Source: Candidatus Falkowbacteria bacterium | GTDB taxonomy: Bacteria; Patescibacteriota; Patescibacteriia; UBA11705; JACRDX01 | DNA: 64,000 nucleotides | Assembly (NCBI GenBank): GCA_043798985.1 | Contig: JAZDOE010000001.1 | Location: 309-64,308 of the forward strand | Direction of reading: 5' to 3' | Shown: positions 1 to 10,672 of the stretch, piece after piece | Layout: the number at the start of each line of letters is the position of its first letter | How positions within the stretch are numbered: position 1 is the first letter of the stretch | Program-made: the position numbers and the translations under genes | The notes under the pieces: model-generated | The model's input: the letters and a program-made list of their open reading frames with translations, nothing else | What the model was told of the DNA's origin: nothing | The model's database searches: none

Positions 1-982
1 AGAGCGTTTTGGCGAGGGCGCTATAATGCGTTTTGGCGAAGCAAAACAAATAAATGTTGAGACCATTCCAACCGGTTGCTTGTCTATTGATATTGCTTTG
101 GGAATCGGCGGTATGCCGCAGGGAAGGATTATTGAGGTTTTTGGCACGGAGATGAGCGGAAAAACCACGCTTGCGCACCATTTGGTTGCTGAAGTGCAAA
201 AGCGCGGTGGAGTTGCGGCGTTTATTGACGCTGAACACGCGCTTGATCCTGATTATGCCCGTAAAATTGGCGTTAAGATAGAAGATTTATTAATCTCACA
301 GCCAGACACAGGCGAGCAGGCATTGGAAATTGTTGAAACATTGGTTCGTTCAAATGCCACTGATGTGATTGTCGTTGACTCTGTGGCCGCTTTGACCCCG
401 CGGGCAGAAATAGAAGGCGAAATGGGCGAACAGCACATGGGTTTGCACGCGAGATTAATGAGTCAGGCTTTGCGTAAGTTGACTGGCATTGTGTCAAAAT
501 CCAAAACCATTGTTATGTTTATCAATCAGACGCGACAAAAAATCGGTGTGTTTTTTGGCAATCCAGAAACAACAACAGGCGGCATGGCATTGAAATTTTA
601 CAGTTCGGTTCGTGTTGAATTGCGCCGCGCCGCTCAAATTAAACAAGGAGAGAAGATAATTGGAAATCGCATCAAATGTAAGATTGTTAAAAACAAAGTC
701 GCGGCGCCGTTTAAAACTTGTGAATTTGATATAATGTACGACGAAGGCATTTCTATTTCTGGCGATATTATTGATTTGGGCGTAGCGCACAAAATAATTA
801 CCAAATCCGGAAACTCTTACAGCTATGGTGATGAAAAATTGGGCGTTGGACGGGAAAGCGCTAAACAGTATTTGCGCGCCAATCCGAAGTTGATTGAAAA
901 GATTCGCAAAGAAATTTGGTCAATTGTAAAAAGAGAAAAAGACGAACCAGCAGAGGTCGTCCCAGTTGAAGAAATCGGATAA
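1..982 (+). CDS. recA: Recombinase RecA. 5' end is outside the window: the reading frame is open upstream of the first ATG and reads ...[13 protein letters not shown], matching the conserved QFGKGSIMKLGE region of RecA.
   Basis: Walker A motif [10 protein letters not shown] and the full-length conserved RecA core in the ORF 26..982 translation. The frame continues to position 2. Confidence 0.95.
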   Translation, partial: ERFGEGAIMRFGEAKQINVETIPTGCLSIDIALGIGGMPQGRIIEVFGTEMSGKTTLAHHLVAEVQKRGGVAAFIDAEHALDPDYARKIGVKIEDLLISQPDTGEQALEIVETLVRSNATDVIVVDSVAALTPRAEIEGEMGEQHMGLHARLMSQALRKLTGIVSKSKTIVMFINQTRQKIGVFFGNPETTTGGMALKFYSSVRVELRRAAQIKQGEKIIGNRIKCKIVKNKVAAPFKTCEFDIMYDEGISISGDIIDLGVAHKIITKSGNSYSYGDEKLGVGRESAKQYLRANPKLIEKIRKEIWSIVKREKDEPAEVVPVEEIG

Positions 983-988
983 ATTTTT

Positions 989-1552
989 TTATACGCGTTC
1001 AACGTATTCACCGGTTTCGGTATTGATTTTAACAACGTCGCCTTCTTTTACGAACAGCGGCGCGTTGACATGCATGCCGGTTTCAAGAGTGATTTGTTTT
1101 GTCGCGCCCTGCGATGAATCACCTCTGATTCCCGGCGGCGCTTCAATGACTTTTAAGTCAACTTTATTTGGAAGCTGAATGGATAAAGCATTGCCTTTGA
1201 ATTTTAAAACTTCAATTTCCTGATTTTCCAGCAAAAATTTCAGCTGGTCTTCAATGTTTTTTTTTGGCACTGAAAATTGTTCGTAGGAAACAGCTTCCAT
1301 GAAATACGCGTTGTTTTCGTCTGCGTAGAGAAAGGTTGCTTTTATGTGTTCAAGCTCTGCCTCTGTAATTTTGTCGCCGGGCTTGAAAGAGACTTCTAAA
1401 ATTTTGCCAGTCACCAAATTTTTTAGTTTTGACTGCATGACAGGTTTTCTCATTTGCATGCGCAAAAAATTCGCTTCAACCACGCGATACGGTTCGTTGT
1501 TGATTTCAACGTTAGTGCCCTTTTTTATGTCGTTCAAACTTGAGATCGCCAT
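989..1552 (-). CDS. efp: Elongation factor P
   Basis: 187-aa translation has typical EF-P length and conserved segments (KPGKG-like loop, C-terminal OB domains). Confidence 0.9.
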   Translation of the reverse strand: MAISSLNDIKKGTNVEINNEPYRVVEANFLRMQMRKPVMQSKLKNLVTGKILEVSFKPGDKITEAELEHIKATFLYADENNAYFMEAVSYEQFSVPKKNIEDQLKFLLENQEIEVLKFKGNALSIQLPNKVDLKVIEAPPGIRGDSSQGATKQITLETGMHVNAPLFVKEGDVVKINTETGEYVERV

Positions 1553-1554
1553 AA

Positions 1555-1782
1555 TTATTGAGTCAAAAATGGCAATAGGGCCATTATTCTGGCACGTTTT
1601 ATCGCTGTCGCGATGCGTCTTTGGTGTTTAGCGCACAGACCGCTACGTTTTTGCGGAGCAATTTTTCCTTGAGATGAAATGAATTTTCGAAGCGTTTCCG
1701 CGTCTTTATAATCAATATCTTCTATTCTGTTCGCGCAAAAGTAGCACTGTTTCTTTTTTGTTGTAGTTATTGGTTTTGGCAT
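1555..1782 (-). CDS. rpsR: 30S ribosomal protein S18
   Basis: 75 aa with the CYFC motif and a basic C-terminus. It lies in the conserved rpsF-ssb-rpsR arrangement. Confidence 0.9.
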   Translation of the reverse strand: MPKPITTTKKKQCYFCANRIEDIDYKDAETLRKFISSQGKIAPQKRSGLCAKHQRRIATAIKRARIMALLPFLTQ

Positions 1783-1784
1783 AA

Positions 1785-2279
1785 TTAAAATGGAATATTT
1801 TCTATTTTTATATCGTCAGTTGCTCCGACTTCTACTGCTTGGCTGGTTGGAACATCGCTGGTGATTGTTGGAACGTCTGTTGGCATTGATGCGGCTGGTC
1901 CCGCAGTTGACGGAGTAAATCTGTTGGAACTTCCAGTGGGCTGTCCTGTGCCAAGTTTGTCCAGCATAATCATATTTTCTGCGATAATTTCGGTTCGCTG
2001 TTTTTTTGTCCCATCTTGCGCGTCCCACTCTCTTGTTTGCAAGCGACCTTCAATATATACTTTGCTGCCCCTTCGTAAATATTGCGCGCATGTTTCTGCC
2101 AATTTTCTCCACGCGACAACATTGTGGAATTCAGCTTTGTCCTGTTTTTGTCCGCTCGCGTCTGTCCAGCGCATGTTTGTCGCGACTCCGAATGTAGTCA
2201 CGGCTATGCCTTGTGGCGTTGTGCGGAGTTCAGGGTCTCGTGTCACGTTGCCGATTATTAGAGCTTTGTTTAGTGTCAT
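1785..2279 (-). CDS. ssb: Single-stranded DNA-binding protein
   Basis: OB-fold N-terminus, a Gly/Pro/Ser-rich linker and an acidic C-terminal tail [10 protein letters not shown]. Sits between rpsF and rpsR. Confidence 0.9.
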   Translation of the reverse strand: MTLNKALIIGNVTRDPELRTTPQGIAVTTFGVATNMRWTDASGQKQDKAEFHNVVAWRKLAETCAQYLRRGSKVYIEGRLQTREWDAQDGTKKQRTEIIAENMIMLDKLGTGQPTGSSNRFTPSTAGPAASMPTDVPTITSDVPTSQAVEVGATDDIKIENIPF

Positions 2280-2287
2280 ATTTATTT

Positions 2288-2782
2288 TTATAAAACGTCA
2301 TTTTTTAAAATTTCATCCAGCTTAACGTCCAGATCATCAAGGGAAATTTTCTTGTCTTTCTTTTCCTGCCTGCTGGCGGGCACAGCTTCTTTTTGCGCGG
2401 CTGAAATTTCTTCTTGCTGATCAAGTTTGTCTTCTGTTTTTTTCAACATTTTTTCTTGCAGCTCTTGCTCTTTTTTAATTTCTTCCGCGGTCTTTTTCTT
2501 TTTTTCAACAATCAAATGGCGTAAAATTTCAAAGGTTAATTTCAAATTTCCCTCAAGTTTTTTCAAATTTTCCGCGTTTATATCAAACTCGGTCGCGACA
2601 TAAATACCCTGATGCGTTGCTTTGATCGGGTAATATAGCCGTTTTTTGCCAAGAATATCTTCGGCTGTGATTTGCGCGCCGAATTTTTTCAGCAAAGAAT
2701 TTATTTTCTCAATGACTGACGCTTCCTCCCCCAAAAATTTGATTGGGATGATGTAAAGCATTTCGTAGTGCCGTGTGTTCAT
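2288..2782 (-). CDS. rpsF: 30S ribosomal protein S6. Start is probably the internal Met (MNTRHYEMLYII...); the C-terminus is a Lys/Glu-rich extension.
   Basis: The RHYE(M/I) motif at the N-terminus is typical of S6. First gene of the rpsF-ssb-rpsR cluster. Confidence 0.85.
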   Translation of the reverse strand: MNTRHYEMLYIIPIKFLGEEASVIEKINSLLKKFGAQITAEDILGKKRLYYPIKATHQGIYVATEFDINAENLKKLEGNLKLTFEILRHLIVEKKKKTAEEIKKEQELQEKMLKKTEDKLDQQEEISAAQKEAVPASRQEKKDKKISLDDLDVKLDEILKNDVL

Positions 2783-2950
2783 AATTTGAATGTTGATTAG
2801 ATTATTCTGCAATATTATCACTCTTTTTTATAAAAAGCAAGCGGCCGTTGTATTTATCAAAAAATATTGTTATAATGTTTGCAAAGCTATATTGAATAGC
2901 TTTTTAATTTTTGCTTTTTTGGTATAATTAACAAATAACATAATAAAGAT

Positions 2951-4153
2951 ATGAAAGTTTTTGACGGAAAAACAATTCAGGCGGCAATTAAACAAATTTG
3001 CGCTGAAAAAGGTCTTGACGAGGCAATGGTAGTTGAAACATTGGAGGCCGCGCTTGCGGCGGCTTATCGCAAAGATTTCGCGGAAAAAAATCAAAACCCG
3101 CGAGCTATTTTGAATATTAAAACTGGTGAGCTTGAAGTTTTTGATGAAAAGACAGTGGTTGAGAATTTGACAGAAGAAGAAATTTCGCAAATTGAGCATT
3201 TTAAAGAACTGCGACAAAAGGCCAAAGAAGAAGGTCGCGAACTTACAGAGCAAGAAATGCCCACAGAAGAAATGCGCAAATTCAGCCCGCGGATGGAGAT
3301 AGAATTAAAAGACGCGAAACTGATAGAGAAGAAAATAAAAGTTGGAGAAGTGCTAAAAACGGTGCTTGAGATTCCGGGTGATTTTGGCAGAATGGCCGCG
3401 CAAACAGCCAAACAAGTGATTACGCAACGGTTGCGCGAAGCAGAACGCAATATTATTTATCAGGCGTATAAAGAAAAAGAAAAAACAATTGTAAATGGAA
3501 TTGTGCAACGCAGAGAAGGATTTAACACGCTTGTTGATTTGGACAGAAAAGCCACTGCGATTTTACCACAGACAGAGCAGATCCGTGGAGAAAATTATCG
3601 TGTTGGCGCGCGATTCAAATTTTATATTGTCAACGTGAATTTGACTACGCGTGGTCCGGAGATCGTTGTTTCTCGCAGTCATCCTGAAATCGTGAGGGAA
3701 TTGTTTGCCACGGAAATTCCAGAGGTCGCCGACAAAACAATTGAAATTAAAGGAATCGCGCGCGAGGCTGGAATGCGTTCAAAAGTCGCGATTTGGACTG
3801 GCGAAGCGAATTTGGACCCTATCGGGTCTTGCATTGGTCAGCGTGGGAGCAGAATTCAAACCATTATTCATGAGTTGAATGGTGAAAAAGTTGATGTTAT
3901 TTTGTACAGCGAAAAACCAGTGCAATACATTAAAAATGCTTTGTCTCCGGCAAAAATTAATAATGTTGAATTGGACGAAGACAACAGAGTCGCGACAGTG
4001 ACTGTTAATGAGGATCAGTTGTCATTAACAATCGGCAGATCAGGGCAAAACGTCCGGTTGGCAAGCAAATTAACCGGCTGGATGATTAACATTAAAGTCG
4101 CTGAAAGCGGAAAAGAAGTAAGTTCAGAGGAAGTTGAAAAAGAAGGAATATGA
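2951..4153 (+). CDS. nusA: Transcription termination/antitermination factor NusA
   Basis: 400 aa with NusA N-terminal, S1 and tandem KH domain pattern. An upstream TGnTATAAT-like promoter lies in 2880-2940. Confidence 0.9.
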   Translation: MKVFDGKTIQAAIKQICAEKGLDEAMVVETLEAALAAAYRKDFAEKNQNPRAILNIKTGELEVFDEKTVVENLTEEEISQIEHFKELRQKAKEEGRELTEQEMPTEEMRKFSPRMEIELKDAKLIEKKIKVGEVLKTVLEIPGDFGRMAAQTAKQVITQRLREAERNIIYQAYKEKEKTIVNGIVQRREGFNTLVDLDRKATAILPQTEQIRGENYRVGARFKFYIVNVNLTTRGPEIVVSRSHPEIVRELFATEIPEVADKTIEIKGIAREAGMRSKVAIWTGEANLDPIGSCIGQRGSRIQTIIHELNGEKVDVILYSEKPVQYIKNALSPAKINNVELDEDNRVATVTVNEDQLSLTIGRSGQNVRLASKLTGWMINIKVAESGKEVSSEEVEKEGI

Positions 4154-4878
4154 GTATAACCATGCTTTATCATGTTATTTTGTATCAACCACTTTTTAAT
4201 GTTTTGGTTTTTTTATATAACATTGTTCCGGGTCACAGTTTGATATTGGCAATTACGATTTTGACAATTTTGATTAAGCTCGTTTTGCTGCCTTTGTCCG
4301 CGTATTCTTTAAAATCACAAAGAGCAATACAGGAATTACAACCAAAACTGGATGAGTTGAAAAAGAAGTTTAAAGATGATAAGCAGGCATTGGCAAAAGC
4401 CACAATGGAATTGTACAAAGAAAATAAGGTGAACCCAGCTTCTTCATGTTTGCCGCTCTTAATTCAATTTCCATTTTTAATCGCGGTTTATCAGGTTTTT
4501 CGTTCGGGTTTAACAAGCGCGGATTTTGGCAATCTTTATTCTTTTGTCACAAATCCGGGCGCTATTGATGTGTCGTGTTTCGGCATACTTGATCTTTCCA
4601 AACCGTCCGTGATTTTGGCGATTATTACCGGTTTGGCGCAGTATGTTCAGACAAAAATGTTGACAACGAAAAAGCCAAAGCCAAAAGTTGAGGGCGCGAA
4701 AGATGAGAGCATGCTGGCTGACATGAACAAAAGCATGCTTTATTTTATGCCATTCATGACCGTGTTGATTGGAATTAGTTTTCCTGCTGGCTTGGTATAT
4801 TATTGGTTGCTCACGACAATTTTGACCATTGTCCAACAGAAGGTGGTTTTCAAAAAAGCGCTGGCGCCGAAGGTTTAA
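4150..4878 (+). CDS. yidC: Membrane protein insertase YidC/Oxa1 (short form)
   Basis: 242 aa polytopic protein with conserved YidC core helices (LPL...Q.PF...Y). Its start overlaps the nusA stop. Confidence 0.8.
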   Translation: MSITMLYHVILYQPLFNVLVFLYNIVPGHSLILAITILTILIKLVLLPLSAYSLKSQRAIQELQPKLDELKKKFKDDKQALAKATMELYKENKVNPASSCLPLLIQFPFLIAVYQVFRSGLTSADFGNLYSFVTNPGAIDVSCFGILDLSKPSVILAIITGLAQYVQTKMLTTKKPKPKVEGAKDESMLADMNKSMLYFMPFMTVLIGISFPAGLVYYWLLTTILTIVQQKVVFKKALAPKV

Positions 4879-5826
4879 ATGCTAACTCATATTGAAAAAT
4901 CAATCATTTCTACTTTGGCGTATTTTGATATTTTTAACTTTCCGCTTACAAAACAGGAGCTTTGGCAAAATTTGTGGATAGAAGATCCTGCGACCGTTGT
5001 TAATGAAAATTTGCAACAGGATTTTGAAAAATCATTTGAGCGATTGATTCCCAAATATATAAATTGCGCCAGCGGTTTTTGCGGACTCGCGGCAAAAGAT
5101 TTTTCGCAAAACATACTTGCGCGTAAAGATAATTATCGTTTGGCAATCAGGAAAAAAAAGATTGCGGTTTGCAATGCGCGGTTGTTGAGCCGCGTACCGT
5201 TCGTAAGAGCGGTTTTTTTGTGCAATAATTTGGCATATGACAATTCTCGGGATGACAGTGATATTGATTTTTTCATTGTGACCAAGCGCGATAGATTGTT
5301 TAGCTGCCGTTTTTTCTGTGTTTTGTTGATGAAAATTTTGCGGAGACGGCCGAGCGCCAGAAAAAATCGCGATCAAATTTGTTTGAGTTTTTTTGTGGAT
5401 GAAACAAAATTGGCGCTCGGCGATCTTTTAAAACAAAATGATATTTATTTGCATTATTGGTTAAAACAGCTTGTTCCGTTGTATGATCCGCAAAATTTGT
5501 TGAACAAAATTTGGCAGCAAAATGTTTGGATAAAATATCGGCTGCCAAATGCTTTGCCATACCGCGGCGCTGCGCGGCTGGTTGATAATCACAAAAAGAG
5601 AATTGCGGTCAGAATTTTTTCAGGGTTGATTCCGCGTTTTGTAGAAAATATTGCGCGTAAAATTCAGATTGCCATGCTTCCAGCGGAAGTTAAAAGTAAA
5701 ATGATAGTTAATGACGGAGGCGTGATTATTGGAGCGAATATTTTTAAGGCGCATGTTAATGATCGCCGCGAGCAGTTTAAAAATATTTGGTTGAAAAAAG
5801 TTGAACAAATATATGCCACGAATTAA
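4879..5826 (+). CDS. Hypothetical protein, possibly nucleotidyltransferase-fold (DSDIDFFIV motif)
   Basis: 315-aa ORF tightly packed between yidC and the O-antigen-ligase-like gene. It has an acidic D.D motif after a beta-strand-like segment. No firm family assignment. Confidence 0.4.
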   Translation: MLTHIEKSIISTLAYFDIFNFPLTKQELWQNLWIEDPATVVNENLQQDFEKSFERLIPKYINCASGFCGLAAKDFSQNILARKDNYRLAIRKKKIAVCNARLLSRVPFVRAVFLCNNLAYDNSRDDSDIDFFIVTKRDRLFSCRFFCVLLMKILRRRPSARKNRDQICLSFFVDETKLALGDLLKQNDIYLHYWLKQLVPLYDPQNLLNKIWQQNVWIKYRLPNALPYRGAARLVDNHKKRIAVRIFSGLIPRFVENIARKIQIAMLPAEVKSKMIVNDGGVIIGANIFKAHVNDRREQFKNIWLKKVEQIYATN

Positions 5827-7186
5827 AAAGATTATTGTTGCGCTGATTTGTCTGTATATTTTTTTAATTCCATTGCAAACGCATTGGCTTTACGACCAAA
5901 AACTGATTGGCGGAGAGTCGTGGCAATATGGAGCTTTGAAAATTTACGCGACAGAATTATTGTTTTTTGTGATTTTGTGCCTGACAGTTTTTTATTTTTT
6001 GAAAGTTGAGCGCGCGAAGCTGCGGTGGACTTTTTCATGGCCAAAAATAACCGCGCTTGTTTCATTGTTGATAATGTGCGCGCTGAATTTTTATTTCGCG
6101 ATTAACCAAGACATCGCGTTTTACAAGCTAACGATTTATATTCAGGCAATCGCGTTGTTTTTTCTTTTGTTCGCGATTAGAATCGGTTTTGAAAAAATTT
6201 CGTGGATGTTGGTTTTGTCCGGCGGCGTTCAATCAATTTTGGCAATAATCCAATTTGCTTCTCAAAAGGTTTTTGCGTCAAAATGGTTGGGTATGGCCGG
6301 ACAATGTCCGTTTATCCTTGGGACTCCGGTCGTTGAAACTAGTGATGGCCGCTGGTTGCGCGCGTTCGGGACTTTTTCGCACCCAAATATTTTGGCTGGG
6401 TTTTTGGTGTTTGCGATTTTATGCGGAATTTATTTGTTGATAAACAAGGGCGCAACAAGCACGGTCAGCGGTAGGGTAAAAATGATTTTGGCAAGTTCAA
6501 TCGCGTTAAATTCCGTTGGATTGGCGTTCACTTTTTCGCGCGCGGCAATCATCGCGCTGGTTGTTGCCTTGGTTTTTTTAACGATTTTATTTTTCAAAAA
6601 AGGGCAGTGCCTGCCCGTTGACATGGGATACGATCTTGGGGCAAGGCGTCGAACAAATTTTTTTTTAGTTGCAATTGGGTTGATTGCAATTTCTTTTTTG
6701 TGCGTTTCATTAATGTTCCCAAATTTAATTATGACGCGCGCAGGAGGAGAACAGCGACTTGAAGTGAAATCAAATTCAGAAAGAATTGCTGAATATAAAA
6801 TGGCGCCGGCGCTAATGAAAAATTATTGGCTGTTCGGCGCCGGCGCTGGCAATTACACGCTTGCTGTTGAAAAAACAAATCCAAATCAACCTGTTTTTTT
6901 CTATCAACCAATTCACAACGCGATTTTATTGGAAATAATAGAATTCGGCGTCGTTGGAATTTTATTGCTAATCGTCTTCGTTGTTTTTTTGCTTGCCACG
7001 ACGAAGCCATGGCGTAGATGGTTAGATAGCGGGCTTGCCCGCCGTAGCCTCGGCGGAGGCGGGTCATTGCCGTTTATTATTGCATTGTTGCTACTCGCAT
7101 TTTTTGATCACTATTTATCCTCAATGTATAGTGGCATTTTGCTGACGACAGTTGTTGGATATTTAATCCTCTCGCCCCAACAATAA
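5801..7186 (+). CDS. O-antigen ligase (Wzy_C) family membrane protein
   Basis: 461 aa with about 10-12 TM segments and the G.F.HPN.LAGFL signature of O-antigen ligase/Wzy_C. Confidence 0.7.
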   Translation: MNKYMPRIKKIIVALICLYIFLIPLQTHWLYDQKLIGGESWQYGALKIYATELLFFVILCLTVFYFLKVERAKLRWTFSWPKITALVSLLIMCALNFYFAINQDIAFYKLTIYIQAIALFFLLFAIRIGFEKISWMLVLSGGVQSILAIIQFASQKVFASKWLGMAGQCPFILGTPVVETSDGRWLRAFGTFSHPNILAGFLVFAILCGIYLLINKGATSTVSGRVKMILASSIALNSVGLAFTFSRAAIIALVVALVFLTILFFKKGQCLPVDMGYDLGARRRTNFFLVAIGLIAISFLCVSLMFPNLIMTRAGGEQRLEVKSNSERIAEYKMAPALMKNYWLFGAGAGNYTLAVEKTNPNQPVFFYQPIHNAILLEIIEFGVVGILLLIVFVVFLLATTKPWRRWLDSGLARRSLGGGGSLPFIIALLLLAFFDHYLSSMYSGILLTTVVGYLILSPQQ

Positions 7187-7197
7187 TAAAAAAATTA

Positions 7198-7220
7198 CCC
7201 CCGCTAATTTTTAGCGGGGG
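7198..7220. terminator. Bidirectional stem-loop terminator (cccccgct-aattttt-agcggggg) with an A-run on one side
   Basis: Perfect 8-bp GC-rich stem. On the minus strand it is followed by a T-run, directly after the stop of the 7230..7535 gene. Confidence 0.7.
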
Positions 7221-7229
7221 CCGTTCGTC

Positions 7230-7535
7230 TCACATCAACGACAGGACAAGCTCGTCTTCCCTAAAAGACCCATTGATATTTGTGAACGTGTAGCTCACGT
7301 AGTGTTTGTGGCGGATATCAACCAGGATTCTAACGCTTGCAACACACACTACTCTTCGCATGTTATGCTCAGTAAGCATTTCGAATGTTTCTCCACATTT
7401 GTATCGCGCGTTGGCCAATATTGTTGCGCATCGCGCATAGCACGCTTCTGCGTCTTCCTTGCGACCGAATCGTTCATCGCATAATGTGCATTCAAAAAAC
7501 GTTACTCGCCGAATTTTTGTTTTCTCCATGTTCAT
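7230..7535 (-). CDS. Small zinc-ribbon-like protein (CxxC...CxxxC), paralog of the upstream gene
   Basis: 101 aa with FECTLC...AEACYARCATILANAR, which aligns with FQCPLC...ANSCAGQCQQILSVAR of the neighbouring gene. GC content is higher than in the flanking genes. Confidence 0.55.
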   Translation of the reverse strand: MNMEKTKIRRVTFFECTLCDERFGRKEDAEACYARCATILANARYKCGETFEMLTEHNMRRVVCVASVRILVDIRHKHYVSYTFTNINGSFREDELVLSLM

Positions 7536-7541
7536 CCTCCT

Positions 7542-7871
7542 TTATGTTGTTGCTGACTGTTTGCGTTTCGCATTCTTGCTCATGACAATGGACGATGGAA
7601 ACACCTGTGTGCGGCCGTCTCCATTCACGCATTCAAACGCGACCTGCACATTGCCGGGTACCCCTCTTCTCAAACGTACGCCAGTAACCGTAAACAGACG
7701 ATTATCTCCTTCGCGAAGCAACGCGATTTCATCGTCTATTCCGAACCGCGCTACGCTAAGAATTTGCTGGCATTGACCAGCGCACGAATTTGCGAGTTCC
7801 TGCTCCAGATACAGCGTGCCGCACAATGGGCACTGAAACGCTTCCATTTTCTTCGCTTCCAGCTTGTTCAT
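7542..7871 (-). CDS. Small zinc-ribbon-like protein (CxxC-x13-CxxxC), tandem paralog
   Basis: 109 aa, strong upstream SD (aaaaggagaaaacATG) and a TTGACA-17-TAAGCT promoter. Paralogous to 7230..7535. Confidence 0.55.
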   Translation of the reverse strand: MNKLEAKKMEAFQCPLCGTLYLEQELANSCAGQCQQILSVARFGIDDEIALLREGDNRLFTVTGVRLRRGVPGNVQVAFECVNGDGRTQVFPSSIVMSKNAKRKQSATT

Positions 7872-7986
7872 GTTTTCTCCTTTTCAACGGGTTTTCAAAG
7901 TTCGTTGACTGATAATTCAGCTTAGCAAGTTTTTTTGTTCTTGTCAACGATTGACAACCCTAAAAATTTTGCGCTAAGATGCGTAA

Positions 7987-8006
7987 AGACGTAGCATGCT
8001 ACGTCT
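7987..8006. repeat. Perfect 20-bp palindrome agacgtagcatgctacgtct (28 bp with one mismatch). Member of the GTAGAGACG...CGTCTCTAC family, sitting at the operator position of the groES promoter.
   Basis: It lies 7 nt downstream of the -10 (TAAGAT, 7975-7980) of a TTGACA-18-TAAGAT promoter. Same family as the copies at 21485, 40347 and 44742. Confidence 0.8.
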
Positions 8007-8039
8007 CTACAATTTAAAAAATAAATAATTTTTAAAATT

Positions 8040-8324
8040 ATGTTAAAACCTTTATCTGACCACGTAGTCGTAAAACCGCTTGAAGAAGAATCAAAAACCA
8101 AAGGCGGAATTGTTCTTCCTGAAACAGCGAAAGAAAAACCTCAACGCGGCGAAGTCATTGCAATTGGTTCAGGCAAACTTTTGGACAATGGTAGCCGCGC
8201 GCAACTGGAAGTAAAAGTCGGCTACAAGATTTTGTTTTCAAAATACGGACAAAATGAAGTGAAAATTGATGAACAAATTTATTACATTTTAACCGAAGCG
8301 GACATTTACGCGATTATTCAATAA
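8040..8324 (+). CDS. groES: Co-chaperonin GroES
   Basis: 94 aa with the typical GroES sequence (KPL.DRV...GGI.LP). Directly upstream of groEL. Confidence 0.95.
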   Translation: MLKPLSDHVVVKPLEEESKTKGGIVLPETAKEKPQRGEVIAIGSGKLLDNGSRAQLEVKVGYKILFSKYGQNEVKIDEQIYYILTEADIYAIIQ

Positions 8325-9974
<1,650 letters not shown>

Positions 9975-10012
9975 GCAGGTGGATATTGTATTTTTATTTT
10001 GTATTTTCTATA

Positions 10013-10411
10013 ATGACGTCATCAAATAGTTTGCGCTTTTGCGCGCGATGGCCTATGTACATTTCCCCCAAAGCCGGCAGCGAGATTTCTTGCGTGATGT
10101 TCGGCATTGATAAAGTTTTATTGTGCGACAACAAGCAGCTTGAAAAAATTTTCCGAGACGCGTTAACAACGGATAGTTTTACAATGCTTGAGTCAGCCAA
10201 GCATGATTTTGAACCACGCGGTTATTCGTCTTTGATAATTTTGTCAGAATCGCACGCTGGCATTCATACTTACCCTGAACATGGAACGTTATTTTTCTAC
10301 TTGCATAGTTGCCGCGGGGAAAAAGATGGTGAAAAGACGTTTCAGTATATGCAGGAAAAATTACAGCCCAAACGCGTTGATATAAGTCGGAGATCTGTAG
10401 CAGTTGGATAG
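10013..10411 (+). CDS. speH: S-adenosylmethionine decarboxylase proenzyme, SpeH (pyruvoyl) type. The annotated ORF start at 9914 overlaps groEL; the real start is likely an internal Met (10013 or 10055).
   Basis: LIILSESHAGIHTYPEHG closely matches the B. subtilis SpeH self-cleavage region (VVIISESHLTIHSFPEHG). Length is about 120-130 aa. Confidence 0.75.
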   Translation: MTSSNSLRFCARWPMYISPKAGSEISCVMFGIDKVLLCDNKQLEKIFRDALTTDSFTMLESAKHDFEPRGYSSLIILSESHAGIHTYPEHGTLFFYLHSCRGEKDGEKTFQYMQEKLQPKRVDISRRSVAVG

Positions 10412-10440
10412 TATAAGAAATTGTTTAATAAAAAAATTAC

Positions 10441-10460
10441 GCCGCGACTTTGTCGCGGCG
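10441..10460. terminator. Bidirectional rho-independent terminator hairpin (gccgcgactttgtcgcggcg) flanked by A/T runs
   Basis: Perfect 8-bp GC stem with a T-run on the minus strand (ends ychF/small ORF) and an A-run plus T-rich tail on the plus strand (ends speH). Confidence 0.7.
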
Positions 10461-10468
10461 TTTACGTT

Positions 10469-10645
10469 TCATCTGCCAATGTCAAAAAGCTTCTGCGCAA
10501 GCTTTTCTTTTTCTTTGGCAAGGGCAGTCAAACGTTCCGAAGCTTTGTGAATTTCACCATCCACAGCCGCAATCTGCGCCACGATTTCTGTCCGCGCCCT
10601 TTGCTTCTGTTGCGTCATTTTGTTAGCTTTTTTCGCGGTTGACAT
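10469..10645 (-). CDS. Small 58-aa coiled-coil protein of unknown function (MSTAKKANKMTQQKQRARTEIVAQIAAVDGEIHKASERLTALAKEKEKLAQKLFDIGR), below the 60-aa cutoff of the ORF track
   Basis: Strong SD GAGGGGG 6 nt upstream of the ATG. It ends at a hairpin (gccgcgac-aaag-tcgcggc) followed by a T-run, and lies downstream of ychF on the same strand. Confidence 0.5.
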   Translation of the reverse strand: MSTAKKANKMTQQKQRARTEIVAQIAAVDGEIHKASERLTALAKEKEKLAQKLFDIGR

Positions 10646-10672
10646 TTGGCACCCCCTCGTTATATTGGAAGA

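Noticed and set aside
6658-6666. T9 homopolymer inside the O-antigen-ligase-like CDS as a phase-variation tract
   Set aside because: A/T runs of this length are common in this AT-rich genome and are far less slippage-prone than G/C tracts. Noted but not considered significant.
10421-10642. + strand 73-aa ORF in the speH-ychF spacer
   Set aside because: Low-complexity and lacks an RBS. The opposite strand carries a better small gene with a strong SD and a terminator.
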